Assembly: GCA_025450575.1 (NCBI GenBank)
Contig: JANWHE010000016.1
Location: 93,874 to 157,873, forward strand
DNA from: Candidatus Saccharimonadales bacterium
GTDB taxonomy: Bacteria > Patescibacteriota > Saccharimonadia > Saccharimonadales > UBA10212
Direction: 5' to 3'
Length of the DNA: 64,000 bases
The notes under the pieces were generated by a model, which ran no database searches, was not told the origin of the DNA, and saw nothing but the letters and a program-made list of their open reading frames with translations. A program made the translations under genes and the position numbers. This document shows positions 1-9,334 of the stretch, piece by piece. How positions within the stretch are numbered: the first letter of the stretch is position 1; each line of letters opens with the position of its first letter.

Positions 1-88
1 TAAAACTTTAGTATTTATTATTGCCAATCAAAACCTCCAAAAGTCGTAATAACTTCTTATCTATTCTAACGCAAGCCGGCACGAAACT

Positions 89-1333
89 CTATAAGCTAGT
101 TTGGCCGGACATGTAGGGCTGTAGGGCGGCCGGGATTGAAACGTTGCCCTGCGCGTCCTGGCGGTTTTCGATCAACGCGATAGGTATGCGGCTCATGGCG
201 GCCATCGTACCATTAAGAGTGTGGACGAATTCGCTGCCGGCGTCCTTCTTATACCTTATATTCAGCCGCCGGGCCTGGTAGTCCGTCACGTTACTGACGC
301 TCATCAGTTCGCGGTAAGAATTATCGACCGGCGTCCAATATTCCACGTCGTATTTTTTGTAGGCCGGCGCGCCCAGGTCGCCGGCGGCGATGCGGACCAC
401 CCGGTACGGGATCTCCAGCTGCTGGCAGAGACTCTCTTCCAGCGCCAGTAATTTCTGGTGCCATTCTTCGCTTTGTTCCGGTTTACAAAACACGTAGAGT
501 TCGAGCTTATTGAACTGGTGGACTCGGTAAAGGCCGCGGCTGTGCTTGCCGTAGGCGCCGGCTTCCAGGCGGTAAGCCGGGCTGTAGCCGGCGTAAAGCT
601 TAGGCAGGTCGGCCTCGGCTAAGGTTTCGTCGGCGTGGTAGCCGGTCATCGGAATCTCGGCGGTAGCGATCAGATGTAAATCCTCGCCCTCAATCTTATA
701 AATCTGCTTTTCCTCATCGCTTTTGGCGGTGAAGCCGGCGCCGTCGATTATCCGGCCGGTGACCATGTGCGGCACCAGCATCGGCATAAAGCCCTGCTCG
801 CGGGCGAGCTTTAACCCTAGCTGCAGCACGGCGAATTCCAGCTCAACCAGCGAATCTTTGGTGAAATAAAATTTGTTGCCGGCGACTTTGGCGCCGCGCT
901 CAAAATCCAGCAATCCTCGCTCCTCAGCCCAGGTCATATGATCCTTGGCTGGACGCTGATTGGTATCGCCCCAGGTCTTTTCCTGGCGATTATTTTCTTC
1001 GCCGCCCTGCGGCGTATCATCCGGAATGACGTTGGGAATGTCGCGCATCAGCTTATCGAACTCGTCGTTCACCGGGCCGAGCTGGTCTTCCAACTTGGCC
1101 AAGGATTCTTTAAGCTGTTTACCTTTTTCTATTTTTGCCGGTGACGGCTGCTCGCCAGCTATGAAGGCCGAAGCCTCGTTGCGTTCGGCCCGCAGGCCCT
1201 CTATCTCAGCTATCAATTTGCGGCGGTTATCATCCACCTCCAGCAGCTTGGCGACATCCACTTTATATCCTTTGGCGCCGGCGCTTTTTTCAACCAGCTC
1301 TCTGTTGTCTCTGATAAATCGGATATCTAACAT
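89..1333 (-). CDS. serS: seryl-tRNA synthetase
   Basis: 414-aa ORF. It has the N-terminal coiled-coil tRNA-binding arm (MLDIRFIRDN...RRKLIAEIEGLRAERNE) followed by a class II catalytic core typical of SerRS. Confidence 0.93.
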   Translation of the reverse strand: MLDIRFIRDNRELVEKSAGAKGYKVDVAKLLEVDDNRRKLIAEIEGLRAERNEASAFIAGEQPSPAKIEKGKQLKESLAKLEDQLGPVNDEFDKLMRDIPNVIPDDTPQGGEENNRQEKTWGDTNQRPAKDHMTWAEERGLLDFERGAKVAGNKFYFTKDSLVELEFAVLQLGLKLAREQGFMPMLVPHMVTGRIIDGAGFTAKSDEEKQIYKIEGEDLHLIATAEIPMTGYHADETLAEADLPKLYAGYSPAYRLEAGAYGKHSRGLYRVHQFNKLELYVFCKPEQSEEWHQKLLALEESLCQQLEIPYRVVRIAAGDLGAPAYKKYDVEYWTPVDNSYRELMSVSNVTDYQARRLNIRYKKDAGSEFVHTLNGTMAAMSRIPIALIENRQDAQGNVSIPAALQPYMSGQTSL

Positions 1334-1421
1334 ATGTATAGGATATAACGCCCACCGCTTTTTTTGTATTTGTTTATAGACCGTTTATAATTCTGCTTAA
1401 GCTAACCCGAAAAGGAAAAAA

Positions 1422-2048
1422 ATGAAAAGACTGAAAATCGGGCACCCGTCAAACCGGATGCTCGTTCTGATATTGACCCTGATAATCGCCCTGAACGTGG
1501 CGGTGCTTTGGTTCTACGGCGACCGCTTGAATACGCTATGGCAGCAGAACGGCAACGGCAGTCTATATAACAATGGGTCCGGTTACCAGAACCAACCGGT
1601 CTCCACGGACATCAAGTTTTATATCCAGACGGCCATGAAGTCCTTATATAACTCGCAGCCGGCGACCGATGCCGCGCAGCAGCGCCTTTATCTTCCGGAA
1701 GCCAAGATTTATCTGCCCCTGACCGCCTACTCCCGGACTTTGGTTTATAGGTACCAGCCGGCCGGCGACGGGATCCCCGAGACGCTTACCGTGACATCTA
1801 GCGCCAATACTAACGCCCTGCCCTCGACTTTCGATGACGTGCCCTGTTTGCAGCGCCACGCCACAGTTCTGATTAACAGCGAGGATAAGACATTCGCCGA
1901 CGGCAGTTTCGTGTCTGATATCAAACTGGCGGACGGCCGAAACTTGAGTCTATACGACCACGATAGTTCTGCCTGTGGCAGCGCCATATGGAGCCAGGGA
2001 GCACCCGCCAAGGTCGTCAGCCTGCTTAAGCAGGCTCAGTCTTACTAG
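1422..2048 (+). CDS. hypothetical membrane-anchored/secreted protein
   Basis: 208-aa ORF with an AAGGA-like RBS. It has one N-terminal TM helix (MLVLILTLIIALNVAVLWF). I recognise no family. Confidence 0.55.
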   Translation: MKRLKIGHPSNRMLVLILTLIIALNVAVLWFYGDRLNTLWQQNGNGSLYNNGSGYQNQPVSTDIKFYIQTAMKSLYNSQPATDAAQQRLYLPEAKIYLPLTAYSRTLVYRYQPAGDGIPETLTVTSSANTNALPSTFDDVPCLQRHATVLINSEDKTFADGSFVSDIKLADGRNLSLYDHDSSACGSAIWSQGAPAKVVSLLKQAQSY

Positions 2049-2802
2049 TCGCCTTGATAGCGTCAAGCGTCAGCTGGGTGCGGGCCCGGGCGTAGGCGCA
2101 GTATTCACAATCGGGATTTTCTTTAGGCATGTCGCCCTCTAGCGTTTCTTTGATTTTTGCCAATGTCGGCTCCACCCATTTATCGCTGCCCTTATACGGG
2201 AAGATGTTCGTCCGAAACTCCACTTTGTTGAAAAAGCCCTTGCCGCTGGCGATGCCGTTGGCGTAAACGAAATAGCCGGTATCGCTGACTTTATGGCCTT
2301 CGCCGCGCAGTAGCCACTGGTAGACTTCCATCTGGCGGCGGTAGCTATCATGCCACTTAGAGTCCTCTAGGTCGGTGATTTCCTTATTCTTGGCGGTGGC
2401 TTTATAGTCGACCACCACCAGTTCGTCGTCCGGCGTCACCCAGACGTCGTCCACGCCGCCGAAAATCAGCAGGTTGGTCGGTTCGTGCAGGTGCTGCACG
2501 CCCGTGAAAGTGTGCCGCCAGCGCTCCAGGTCCTTGTGGGCGAAAGGCTTGGCGTCGACCTTGAACTCAATCTGCCAGGGGTGGGGCTCGCCTTTCTCGC
2601 GGTAAACGTCGAATTCGGCTTTCAGCAGCGTGTCGATGGCGCTGTTGATTAAAAACGGCGGAGAGCTGGGCTGGTCGATCTTAAGGCGCTGAGCCAGCCA
2701 GAAACAGCGCGGACAGCGGATAAAATTCTCAATTCGGCTGCGGCTGAGCTTATACGCTCCTTTTTGTCCCGGCACGTAAGCCGGGCTTCTTTCATATCCC
2801 AT
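2026..2802 (-). CDS. PD-(D/E)XK nuclease family protein (Cas4/RecB-like, four Cys)
   Basis: 258-aa ORF. It has an N-terminal CPRC pair, a VVVDYK core motif and a C-terminal CEYC pair, a pattern like Cas4/AddB-type Fe-S nucleases. Its 3' end overlaps the convergent ORF 1422-2048 by 23 nt. Confidence 0.65.
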   Translation of the reverse strand: MGYERSPAYVPGQKGAYKLSRSRIENFIRCPRCFWLAQRLKIDQPSSPPFLINSAIDTLLKAEFDVYREKGEPHPWQIEFKVDAKPFAHKDLERWRHTFTGVQHLHEPTNLLIFGGVDDVWVTPDDELVVVDYKATAKNKEITDLEDSKWHDSYRRQMEVYQWLLRGEGHKVSDTGYFVYANGIASGKGFFNKVEFRTNIFPYKGSDKWVEPTLAKIKETLEGDMPKENPDCEYCAYARARTQLTLDAIKATSKTEPA

Positions 2803-2836
2803 TGCTCCTATTGTATCAGTCCGTCGAGCCTAAGAA

Positions 2837-3622
2837 TCAGAACGCGTCGACCCGGGCGACACTGTTGTCGGCCGCCGAATCAAGGTATATCTGTACCGTG
2901 CTGCCGGGCTGTACCGCGGCAATCGTGGATTTGTTATAGCTCTGATCGCAGAACAAGGTCGTGGCCGTGTAGTTTTTGGATGCGATAGGCGCCACGGCAT
3001 TGCCCGTACTATCAAAGACATATTGGTTATCGGGCGAGAAAGTGATTTTGGAAGTGGCTTGGTCGACGCTGGCAACGGTTAAGCTGCCGCTGACTTGGTA
3101 GCCGCTAGTATCGCCCAGACAGACCGAGGAAGCGCCGGTAGCAGCGCTTGACTGCAGGCTGGCATAAGATCCCGGATTAGTGTTCAGATAGGACGAGCTG
3201 ACAGTCTGGCAGTTGTTCCCCTTCTTATGCGACGTTTCGACGCTGCTATCAAAGTAGCTCCCGTTAGGAGAAACCGTCGTCTGCTGGCTGCCGCCGGTTA
3301 TCCCGCCGGTAAGTAGGCTGGCCCAGCCGGCGTCAAAGCCACTGCTGGCGCTATGATAATCAAAACATATCTTATATTTGGACGCTCCCATGGTCTGATA
3401 GCTTACCGTCTTAGGCGCATCTTTGACGCCCAGGGCATCCAAAGACTGTGGGATGCTCCCACCGTGATTAGCCGAATATTCATCCAGCTTGGTGCCAATC
3501 TGCTCCACGGCTTGGTCCGTGGCTTTATCGGCCTTGGCCGCGCCGGCCTGGCCAAGCGCGTAACCTAAAGACGCCAGAGTTATAGCCATCAGTACTATGA
3601 AACCGATGTAATACTTCTTCAT
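2837..3622 (-). CDS. hypothetical secreted/membrane-anchored protein
   Basis: 261-aa ORF with an N-terminal hydrophobic signal/anchor (MKKYYIGFIVLMAITLASLGYALG). The mature part is Ser/Thr/Gly-rich. Confidence 0.55.
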   Translation of the reverse strand: MKKYYIGFIVLMAITLASLGYALGQAGAAKADKATDQAVEQIGTKLDEYSANHGGSIPQSLDALGVKDAPKTVSYQTMGASKYKICFDYHSASSGFDAGWASLLTGGITGGSQQTTVSPNGSYFDSSVETSHKKGNNCQTVSSSYLNTNPGSYASLQSSAATGASSVCLGDTSGYQVSGSLTVASVDQATSKITFSPDNQYVFDSTGNAVAPIASKNYTATTLFCDQSYNKSTIAAVQPGSTVQIYLDSAADNSVARVDAF

Positions 3623-3643
3623 ATTGATGCCGCCGCCATGACC

Positions 3644-4300
3644 CTACTTGATCAGGCGGTGTTCGTCCCTCCAGTAGTAGGCTAGGACGCCGCCGGCAAT
3701 CACCAGGACGACCGCCAGGTTGGCCAGGGCTTTGGGTATGGACGAGCCGTGGCTGCTGCTGGCGTGCTGCAGCAGCACGTAGACGAAATAAATCAGGTTG
3801 ACCAGTACCGCGGTGTAGGCGATTATCTGGGTAATCTGCGACCAGCGCCGCTTAGAGGGGTCGAACCGCAGCCCCGGGTCGGCCAGTTCGGCTTTTTTAA
3901 GCCTTAAGAAAAACCAGCCGAAAATCGGCACGCAGATTACCAGCGCCGAAGTCGGAACTACTACGTAGTTGAAGCCGCGGCTGCCGTTGAGCATATTTAA
4001 AATCACCCAGCCCAGCGTTAAGGCGCCTATCCAAAGGACGATTGTCATCATCCCGTACTCCACGCCCCGGACGCTTAATACCTCCAGCACCGGAATGGGC
4101 TTATCGGTTCCCGGATCGGTAAGAGGCGCAGCCGCCGGAGGTTCTGGAATAATCACTGGCTGAACCGGGCTGGGAACGGCGCTATGCTGGACCGCGGGCG
4201 AGAACACCTGGGCCGCCGCCTGCGGCGGAAGGGGCGTGTAAGCGGCCGCCTGCCCCGCAGCGTTATCGGGAGCAGCAGGATAAATAGTTTCTGTTTGCAT
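3644..4300 (-). CDS. hypothetical integral membrane protein with Pro/Ala-rich N-terminus
   Basis: 218-aa ORF with a ~65-aa Pro/Ala-rich N-terminal segment followed by about four predicted TM helices. Confidence 0.55.
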   Translation of the reverse strand: MQTETIYPAAPDNAAGQAAAYTPLPPQAAAQVFSPAVQHSAVPSPVQPVIIPEPPAAAPLTDPGTDKPIPVLEVLSVRGVEYGMMTIVLWIGALTLGWVILNMLNGSRGFNYVVVPTSALVICVPIFGWFFLRLKKAELADPGLRFDPSKRRWSQITQIIAYTAVLVNLIYFVYVLLQHASSSHGSSIPKALANLAVVLVIAGGVLAYYWRDEHRLIK

Positions 4301-4365
4301 TTTTTGTCCTGATTATTAACTTAAGCGCAGATTAGCATATGCGTTTATAATTTACAACGGACAAT

Positions 4366-4399
4366 AAAAAACGGGCCCCACCGGCCCGTTTTTGTTTTT
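4366..4399 (-). terminator. intrinsic terminator (usable on both strands) downstream of the YggT-like gene
   Basis: Stem ACGGGCC(4371-4377)/GGCCCGT(4383-4389). It is flanked by an A-run on the left and TTTTGTTTTT on the right. Confidence 0.65.
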
Positions 4400-4417
4400 G
4401 GAACTAACTCTAAAGAC

Positions 4418-4738
4418 TTATTTGCGGCCGGACGGGGTCCAGAGCAAAGCTACGTTGTAGAGCAAGTAGCCGGCGGCCATGTAGACGGCCATCGCGAACA
4501 GGGCTACCCAGTCTATATACCAGTTGCCCGGAGTGGCAGTAGCGTGCGGGAACACGACGCGGAACGGTGCCAACAGCACGTCCGTAGTCGCGAATGCCCA
4601 GTGCACGAATCCGCCGCCGGCGCTAGTGAAGAAGAATTTCAGCACTACGCGCAGCGTCAGCAATAGCACCGCCAGATTGACGAACAAGTCAATCATACGA
4701 GCCACCATCGGCTTGGTTAGTTTATAGAAGTCCAACAT
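4418..4738 (-). CDS. YggT family membrane protein
   Basis: 106-aa ORF with two TM helices. The pattern LRVVLKFF...TDVLLAPFRVVFP...IDWVALFA resembles the YggT family. Confidence 0.6.
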   Translation of the reverse strand: MLDFYKLTKPMVARMIDLFVNLAVLLLTLRVVLKFFFTSAGGGFVHWAFATTDVLLAPFRVVFPHATATPGNWYIDWVALFAMAVYMAAGYLLYNVALLWTPSGRK

Positions 4739-4862
4739 TGGGTCCTCCTTAGTTAATGAGCCAATAATATGCCCGTTTCAGCGAATTTTCAATAACATAT
4801 CCACAATTTCAGGTGAATCGCCACCCTCACCCCTATTGATTGTTGTTTTGTTTACTGTCCGT

Positions 4863-5243
4863 TTAAGGTTTACGGCGGCTGTCCAGCTCCTGGATTCTAT
4901 CGTGATCCAGGCCGAAATAGTGGGCGACTTCGTGCCAGACCGTATGGCCGATATTCTGCCTAAGCTGGTCCTGGTCGCGGCTGACGGCCATCAGCGGGTT
5001 CCTAAAGATGGTAATCTTATCGGGCAGCAGCTTGGTGCGCCCGCCGCGCTTGGGCAGCGGCAGGCCTTCATATAGCCCTAGCAAAGTCTGGTACGGCGCC
5101 AGCTTCTGCTGCTGTCTCTGCTCCGGCGTAGGGTCATCTTCCAATATAAAAGCCACGTTCTCCAAACGAGACCGGTATGGTTCGGGCACGTTATCGATGG
5201 CCTCGGCCAGATACTTTTCAAACTCCTCATCGCTCGCCTGCAT
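4863..5243 (-). CDS. zincin-like metallopeptidase family protein (DUF1025-like)
   Basis: 126-aa ORF with an HEVAH (HExxH) motif near the C-terminus and the acidic N-terminal pattern of the small zincin family. Confidence 0.7.
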   Translation of the reverse strand: MQASDEEFEKYLAEAIDNVPEPYRSRLENVAFILEDDPTPEQRQQQKLAPYQTLLGLYEGLPLPKRGGRTKLLPDKITIFRNPLMAVSRDQDQLRQNIGHTVWHEVAHYFGLDHDRIQELDSRRKP

Positions 5244-5598
5244 CCCCTAATTCTACCAACTTTCTCCTCATTATTTTTCAGGGAAAGGTAGTGTTTCGGT
5301 TCATTGTGCCCTTTTTTTTCCGGAAGAGCCGGACCGTTTCCGCTTGCGGAATTGGGCTTTGCCCAAAGGCCCGATGAGAAACCGCGAAGGGGTTTCTCAT
5401 ATAAAAAGAGGCACCCTCACAATCTAGCGCCTCTCTCCCCAAAACCCCTCGATTACGTATTATCTGCTCTTTATATATAGGGCGCTGTAAGAAAACCCTT
5501 GTAGCCGGTCGTGAGATTTCTCACTAAAAGAACGTGATTTTACAAACGGTCAAAAAGTTTTTGTTCGTATATATTGATAAGCGTTATGGGAGTGAGGG

Positions 5599-6081
5599 AT
5601 GATAACAAAATTCATAAGCTTAGCTACGGCCATCGTTACTCTGGATGTATACCTGCAAAGTCAGCTATCTTCCAACGACCCGCTATTCTCGTTCATATCT
5701 AATAACCTGGCGGTAAATATGCTGATGGTGACACTGGCGGCAGTCGCTGTGGCGGTAAGTTTCCGAAAGCACTTTGACAGCTGGTACAGCTACGCCGCGG
5801 CTTCAGCCGGGGCGGCTATGTTGATAATTGTCGGCGGCGCCGGCTTTTTCTTCAGCGGCTTCTTACCTTCGCTGTGGATGGTAGCCTTGCCGCTTAACTA
5901 CCTACTGATGTTAGAGTTCGGCGTCATCCTAGGCGCCTGCGCCTTATCTTATAAGCACGCGCCTCGGCCGGCTTCTGTCCGCCTGCCGCGTCTGGTTACT
6001 GCCTTCAAGCTCGCTTTTCCGGTTCCCAAGATCCCTCACTTCCCCCTCGTCGGCCGGCCTACCGCCCATGACCCCGGGTAA
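5599..6081 (+). CDS. hypothetical integral membrane protein
   Basis: 160-aa ORF with about four hydrophobic helices. It is followed by a clean terminator at 6111-6134. Confidence 0.5.
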   Translation: MITKFISLATAIVTLDVYLQSQLSSNDPLFSFISNNLAVNMLMVTLAAVAVAVSFRKHFDSWYSYAAASAGAAMLIIVGGAGFFFSGFLPSLWMVALPLNYLLMLEFGVILGACALSYKHAPRPASVRLPRLVTAFKLAFPVPKIPHFPLVGRPTAHDPG

Positions 6082-6110
6082 CTTGAGATTTTTTTCACTA
6101 GAAATAAAAA

Positions 6111-6134
6111 AGGGGCCGCAAGGGTCCCTTTTTT
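6111..6134 (+). terminator. intrinsic terminator
   Basis: Stem AGGGGCC(6111-6117)/GGTCCCT(6123-6129) including one G-U pair. A T6 run follows, 30 nt after the stop of ORF 5599-6081. Confidence 0.7.
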
Positions 6135-6486
6135 ATGCTGTAACTAGCCCGAAGGTTCGTTACGGCCCGGAAAGCTCATTGCTGGACTTTCCGCGATCAC
6201 CTCACGATGACTATCCATTAGTTTATAGGACTGTGTTTTATTGTCAAAGGCTTATGTTTATGTTGTTAAAGCTTGTGTTTTATCTACAGATATGGCCTTG
6301 TGTACAACCTGTGGACAGCTTCTGGGCCGGGAACGAGTAAGGACGGTCCGCGAGGAACCGTCCTTAAGTTTTGTGAGGTGTACTTTTGGCCTTTTGCTTA
6401 GCCAATTTAAGCATAAACCCGATAATCCCTAAAAACAACAACTATTTTCAGGGTTTTTTTACCCACCTGTGAATAATTTCATATCC

Positions 6487-7344
6487 TTACGGGTTTTTAG
6501 CCTCGGCGGCCTGCCGCAGCAGGTCGTCCAGAGATACGTAATTACCTAGCTTTTCGGCGAACGGCGCCAGGCTAAGGCGTACCGTACCCTCGTTCTTGCC
6601 GGCCAGGGCGGCGATTTTAGGAACCCCATGGCCTTGTAACCACAGATCCATATACCCTACGGCGGCGGGTGTAACATGGCGCTTCCTGGGCTTCCTTAAG
6701 CTGTCGTCATATTTCTTAGTCGCTACTCTGACCGCGTCAGCGATAGCCGCTATCTCTTCGTTGCTTAGCTTATCCATGTCATCTAAATTCTCCTTGGGAT
6801 ACATCCAGGCCAGGTATTCCTGTGTCTGTTGGCGAGCGATGGGCGACAACTCCCCCCGCTCCGGCTCCATAACAACGGCTTCTCCCGTTTCCGGCTGCTG
6901 CTCTGCCTCATCTTCAGCCGGCGTTGCGTCTTCTTCGGCCGGGATTTCGACTTCCGGGAAGGGCTGGGCGGCCTCTTCGGGCACCGGAATTTCTTCGCCA
7001 AACTCTTGGGGTACCGGCGCTTCAATCAAGCCATCCCCTATCAGTAAATCAGCTAGCTCCGACAGTGGCAGTCCCGTCTGCCGCCTTATGTTTCCAATCG
7101 CCAGCTCAATCTGCTCAGACTGGGTGCTGCGGTACTTAGCGATATCTTTAATATCGTAATTTCTGAAAAGTTCGCTGACTATCAACACTTGCTCCCGGGT
7201 TAGTGAGCCTAAGATTCCCGGGTCAAACAACTCGCCGTCATCCACGGACCGCAGGTCTGATGGTTCTTCTTCGCCGCTAACTGGTTCTTCGTAAGCACAT
7301 TCCATAAGTACAGATAAGGTATCTTTTTTTAACCCCTTTCGCAA
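6487..7344 (-). CDS. hypothetical acidic protein with two HTH-like segments
   Basis: 285-aa ORF with a TTG start as annotated (an internal ATG at M14 is possible). It has a very acidic central region. Two segments look like sigma-70 region 4 / LuxR-type HTH: TREQVLIVSELFRNYDIKDIAKY and GVPKIAALAGKNEGTVRLSL. Confidence 0.45.
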   Translation of the reverse strand: MRKGLKKDTLSVLMECAYEEPVSGEEEPSDLRSVDDGELFDPGILGSLTREQVLIVSELFRNYDIKDIAKYRSTQSEQIELAIGNIRRQTGLPLSELADLLIGDGLIEAPVPQEFGEEIPVPEEAAQPFPEVEIPAEEDATPAEDEAEQQPETGEAVVMEPERGELSPIARQQTQEYLAWMYPKENLDDMDKLSNEEIAAIADAVRVATKKYDDSLRKPRKRHVTPAAVGYMDLWLQGHGVPKIAALAGKNEGTVRLSLAPFAEKLGNYVSLDDLLRQAAEAKNP

Positions 7345-7612
7345 GCATAGGCCTTATGGTCGGCCTAACAAGAAAGGAACCTTTTTAGGGGTTCCTTCCT
7401 TGCGAAGCGGTGCCACCCTAAGTGGTGTCGCTTCTGACCACCTCACAGTGGTCAATTTAATAATATGCCAGCCTATTACGCCTCGCTGTGACCGGCGTCA
7501 CACGCCGCCGGCTCTTTTAGAGGGCTGTTCAAAGTGTGCTAAATATCACTTTACAAACTGGGCGTTAAGCGTATTCTTCGCTTATAACCAAACTAAACAA
7601 AAAGGTTAAAAA

Positions 7613-7858
7613 ATGGAAAGCGATCCCCAGGAAGAATTATTTGACGACTTATATCTGGCCCAGCTTCTCCCGGCGCCCGTGTCCGCCGAACGCGGTCCGG
7701 TCAGGACCGTCTTATTCGAAGCCCGGGATATAGTCATGGGCGGCATCGACCTGCTGCGCAATCACCCTGTAGGCTCCATCGAAGTCGGGGCCAGCTTAGC
7801 CGCCACCGGCGTAGCCTTAGGCGCGGTCATCGTCCCCCGTTTGCGCCACGCCCACTAG
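7613..7858 (+). CDS. small hypothetical protein
   Basis: 81-aa ORF with AAGGT upstream of the ATG and a C-terminal hydrophobic stretch. No family recognised. Confidence 0.4.
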   Translation: MESDPQEELFDDLYLAQLLPAPVSAERGPVRTVLFEARDIVMGGIDLLRNHPVGSIEVGASLAATGVALGAVIVPRLRHAH

Positions 7859-7924
7859 GGGTCTAGGTTCTGCTAATTTATCAGCGGCGGTTTATGTATT
7901 AATAGGGCTGCTTGTGCCATAATT

Positions 7925-9334
7925 ATGCTTATGCAAAATGATAATCAAAACGCCCAACCCGGCCCCGAACCGCCACCTCAGATTAATCCGTCGCCCCAAG
8001 CATCGCCAGCACCCTCCCCTTCTGTAATTCCTCCAGACACAACGTCTCCCGCGCCTAAGCCCGGCTCTCGAAAAAAATTATTACTTTTATTCGTACTTGT
8101 ACTGGTGGTAGCCGGAGCCGCCGCGATTTATTTCCTGGTTTTGCATAAGACCAAATCGCCGGCGCCCGTCGCATCAACGCCCCCTAGCGGCTCGGTTCTG
8201 CAAAGCGCCAAGAAACAATATTTTCTAAACGATTCGGTAGCCGGTTATATCAATTACGACCCCTCGGCTTTCAAAGAGGTGGATACCACCAAACTACCGA
8301 CCATCCCGGCGGCCGACCCTAACGTCAATACTATAATCGTCCAGGCTAATGTCGTCGGTTTCAGCGACAGCGGTCTTTACCTCTACGATCTCAAAGCCAA
8401 TAAGACTTACCGGCTGACGGATGGCGGCGGTTCGCCGCGCATCATGAGCGATCATTACTTGCTTTATGGTTTCGACACTGGCAGCGGTACTACTAAACGC
8501 CTGGGCGGAAAACTGCTCAACCTGCAGACCGGGCAAACACAGACCGTCTTTTCCGACACGCCCGAAAATGTTCCGGGGACCATCTGCTGCAGCGTCTCGC
8601 CGGACGGTTTTAGAGCGGCTTTCGTCCAAAAGAACAAAATAAGCGTCTGGGATATCCGCACCCAGAAATTTACCGACTACGCCGCGACCGTCAATCCCAT
8701 AGACCCTAACTTCAGCCGCACGTCCACCAACGACTACAATACCGAAAACAGTTACGCCACTCCGGCGTGGTTGGATAACGACACAATCATTTACACCGAC
8801 AAACCGGCCGACTCCCCAGTCGCCAACCAGCCGGCCCAGATTGTTGATGACACTCTTTACAAACTGACCCTCAGCGACGACAAAAACACCGAGATAACCA
8901 CCAATACCAGCGGCATCTATAACATTTACACAGCTGCCGGCTCGACTTTCGTCGATGAAGTCCCGGTATCAAGCCCGGGCAACTCTCAGATCTCCCTGGT
9001 ACTTCTGGACGGCACGGCGCCCAGGACTATCGGTTCTAACCCGGGCTTCGCCTTGGTTTCGCCGAGCGCCCTTGGCGTGTACATGTTCAGTACTCAAGAC
9101 AGCGGCGGATATACCATGTTAAAAACTGATGCCAACGATCCTAACCAAGCACCCTCAGCTTTCGACCCGCATATCAGCGGCATCAAAGTCAGCCAGATAT
9201 TACCGCGAGGTTGGATAGACAATGACCGGATGCTACTGGCCGAACTCGACACAGCCGGCACGCAGAATCATGAGTACATAGCCGTCTATAACTCTACTAC
9301 CAATAAAGTCGAGCAATATCTCAAGATAAACTAG
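7925..9334 (+). CDS. hypothetical membrane-anchored protein, possible beta-propeller ectodomain
   Basis: 469-aa ORF with a Pro-rich N-terminus and one TM helix (LLLLFVLVLVVAGAAAIYFLVL). PD40/TolB-like snippets (SPDGFRAAFV...) suggest beta-rich repeats. The family call is tentative. Confidence 0.5.
   Translation: MLMQNDNQNAQPGPEPPPQINPSPQASPAPSPSVIPPDTTSPAPKPGSRKKLLLLFVLVLVVAGAAAIYFLVLHKTKSPAPVASTPPSGSVLQSAKKQYFLNDSVAGYINYDPSAFKEVDTTKLPTIPAADPNVNTIIVQANVVGFSDSGLYLYDLKANKTYRLTDGGGSPRIMSDHYLLYGFDTGSGTTKRLGGKLLNLQTGQTQTVFSDTPENVPGTICCSVSPDGFRAAFVQKNKISVWDIRTQKFTDYAATVNPIDPNFSRTSTNDYNTENSYATPAWLDNDTIIYTDKPADSPVANQPAQIVDDTLYKLTLSDDKNTEITTNTSGIYNIYTAAGSTFVDEVPVSSPGNSQISLVLLDGTAPRTIGSNPGFALVSPSALGVYMFSTQDSGGYTMLKTDANDPNQAPSAFDPHISGIKVSQILPRGWIDNDRMLLAELDTAGTQNHEYIAVYNSTTNKVEQYLKIN

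Noticed and set aside
6068-6432. ORFs 6068-6340 (90 aa) and 6241-6432 (63 aa).
   Set aside because: The first runs through the terminator of the upstream gene and the second runs through the strong hairpin at 6339-6365. Neither has an RBS, and both have odd composition rich in Cys, Phe and Leu.
6280-6476. DnaA-box-like 9-mers (TTATCTACA at 6280-6288, TGTGGACAG at 6310-6318, TGTGAATAA at 6468-6476) in an A+T-rich non-coding stretch, plus a perfect TTATCCACA at 47694-47702. These raise the question of an oriC, given that parAB is in the window.
   Set aside because: There are only three imperfect boxes here and a single isolated perfect box 41 kb away. One perfect 9-mer is roughly what chance predicts in 2 x 64 kb. 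No dnaA or dnaN gene is adjacent and I could identify no clear DUE. GC-skew analysis and a proper box-cluster scan would be needed.
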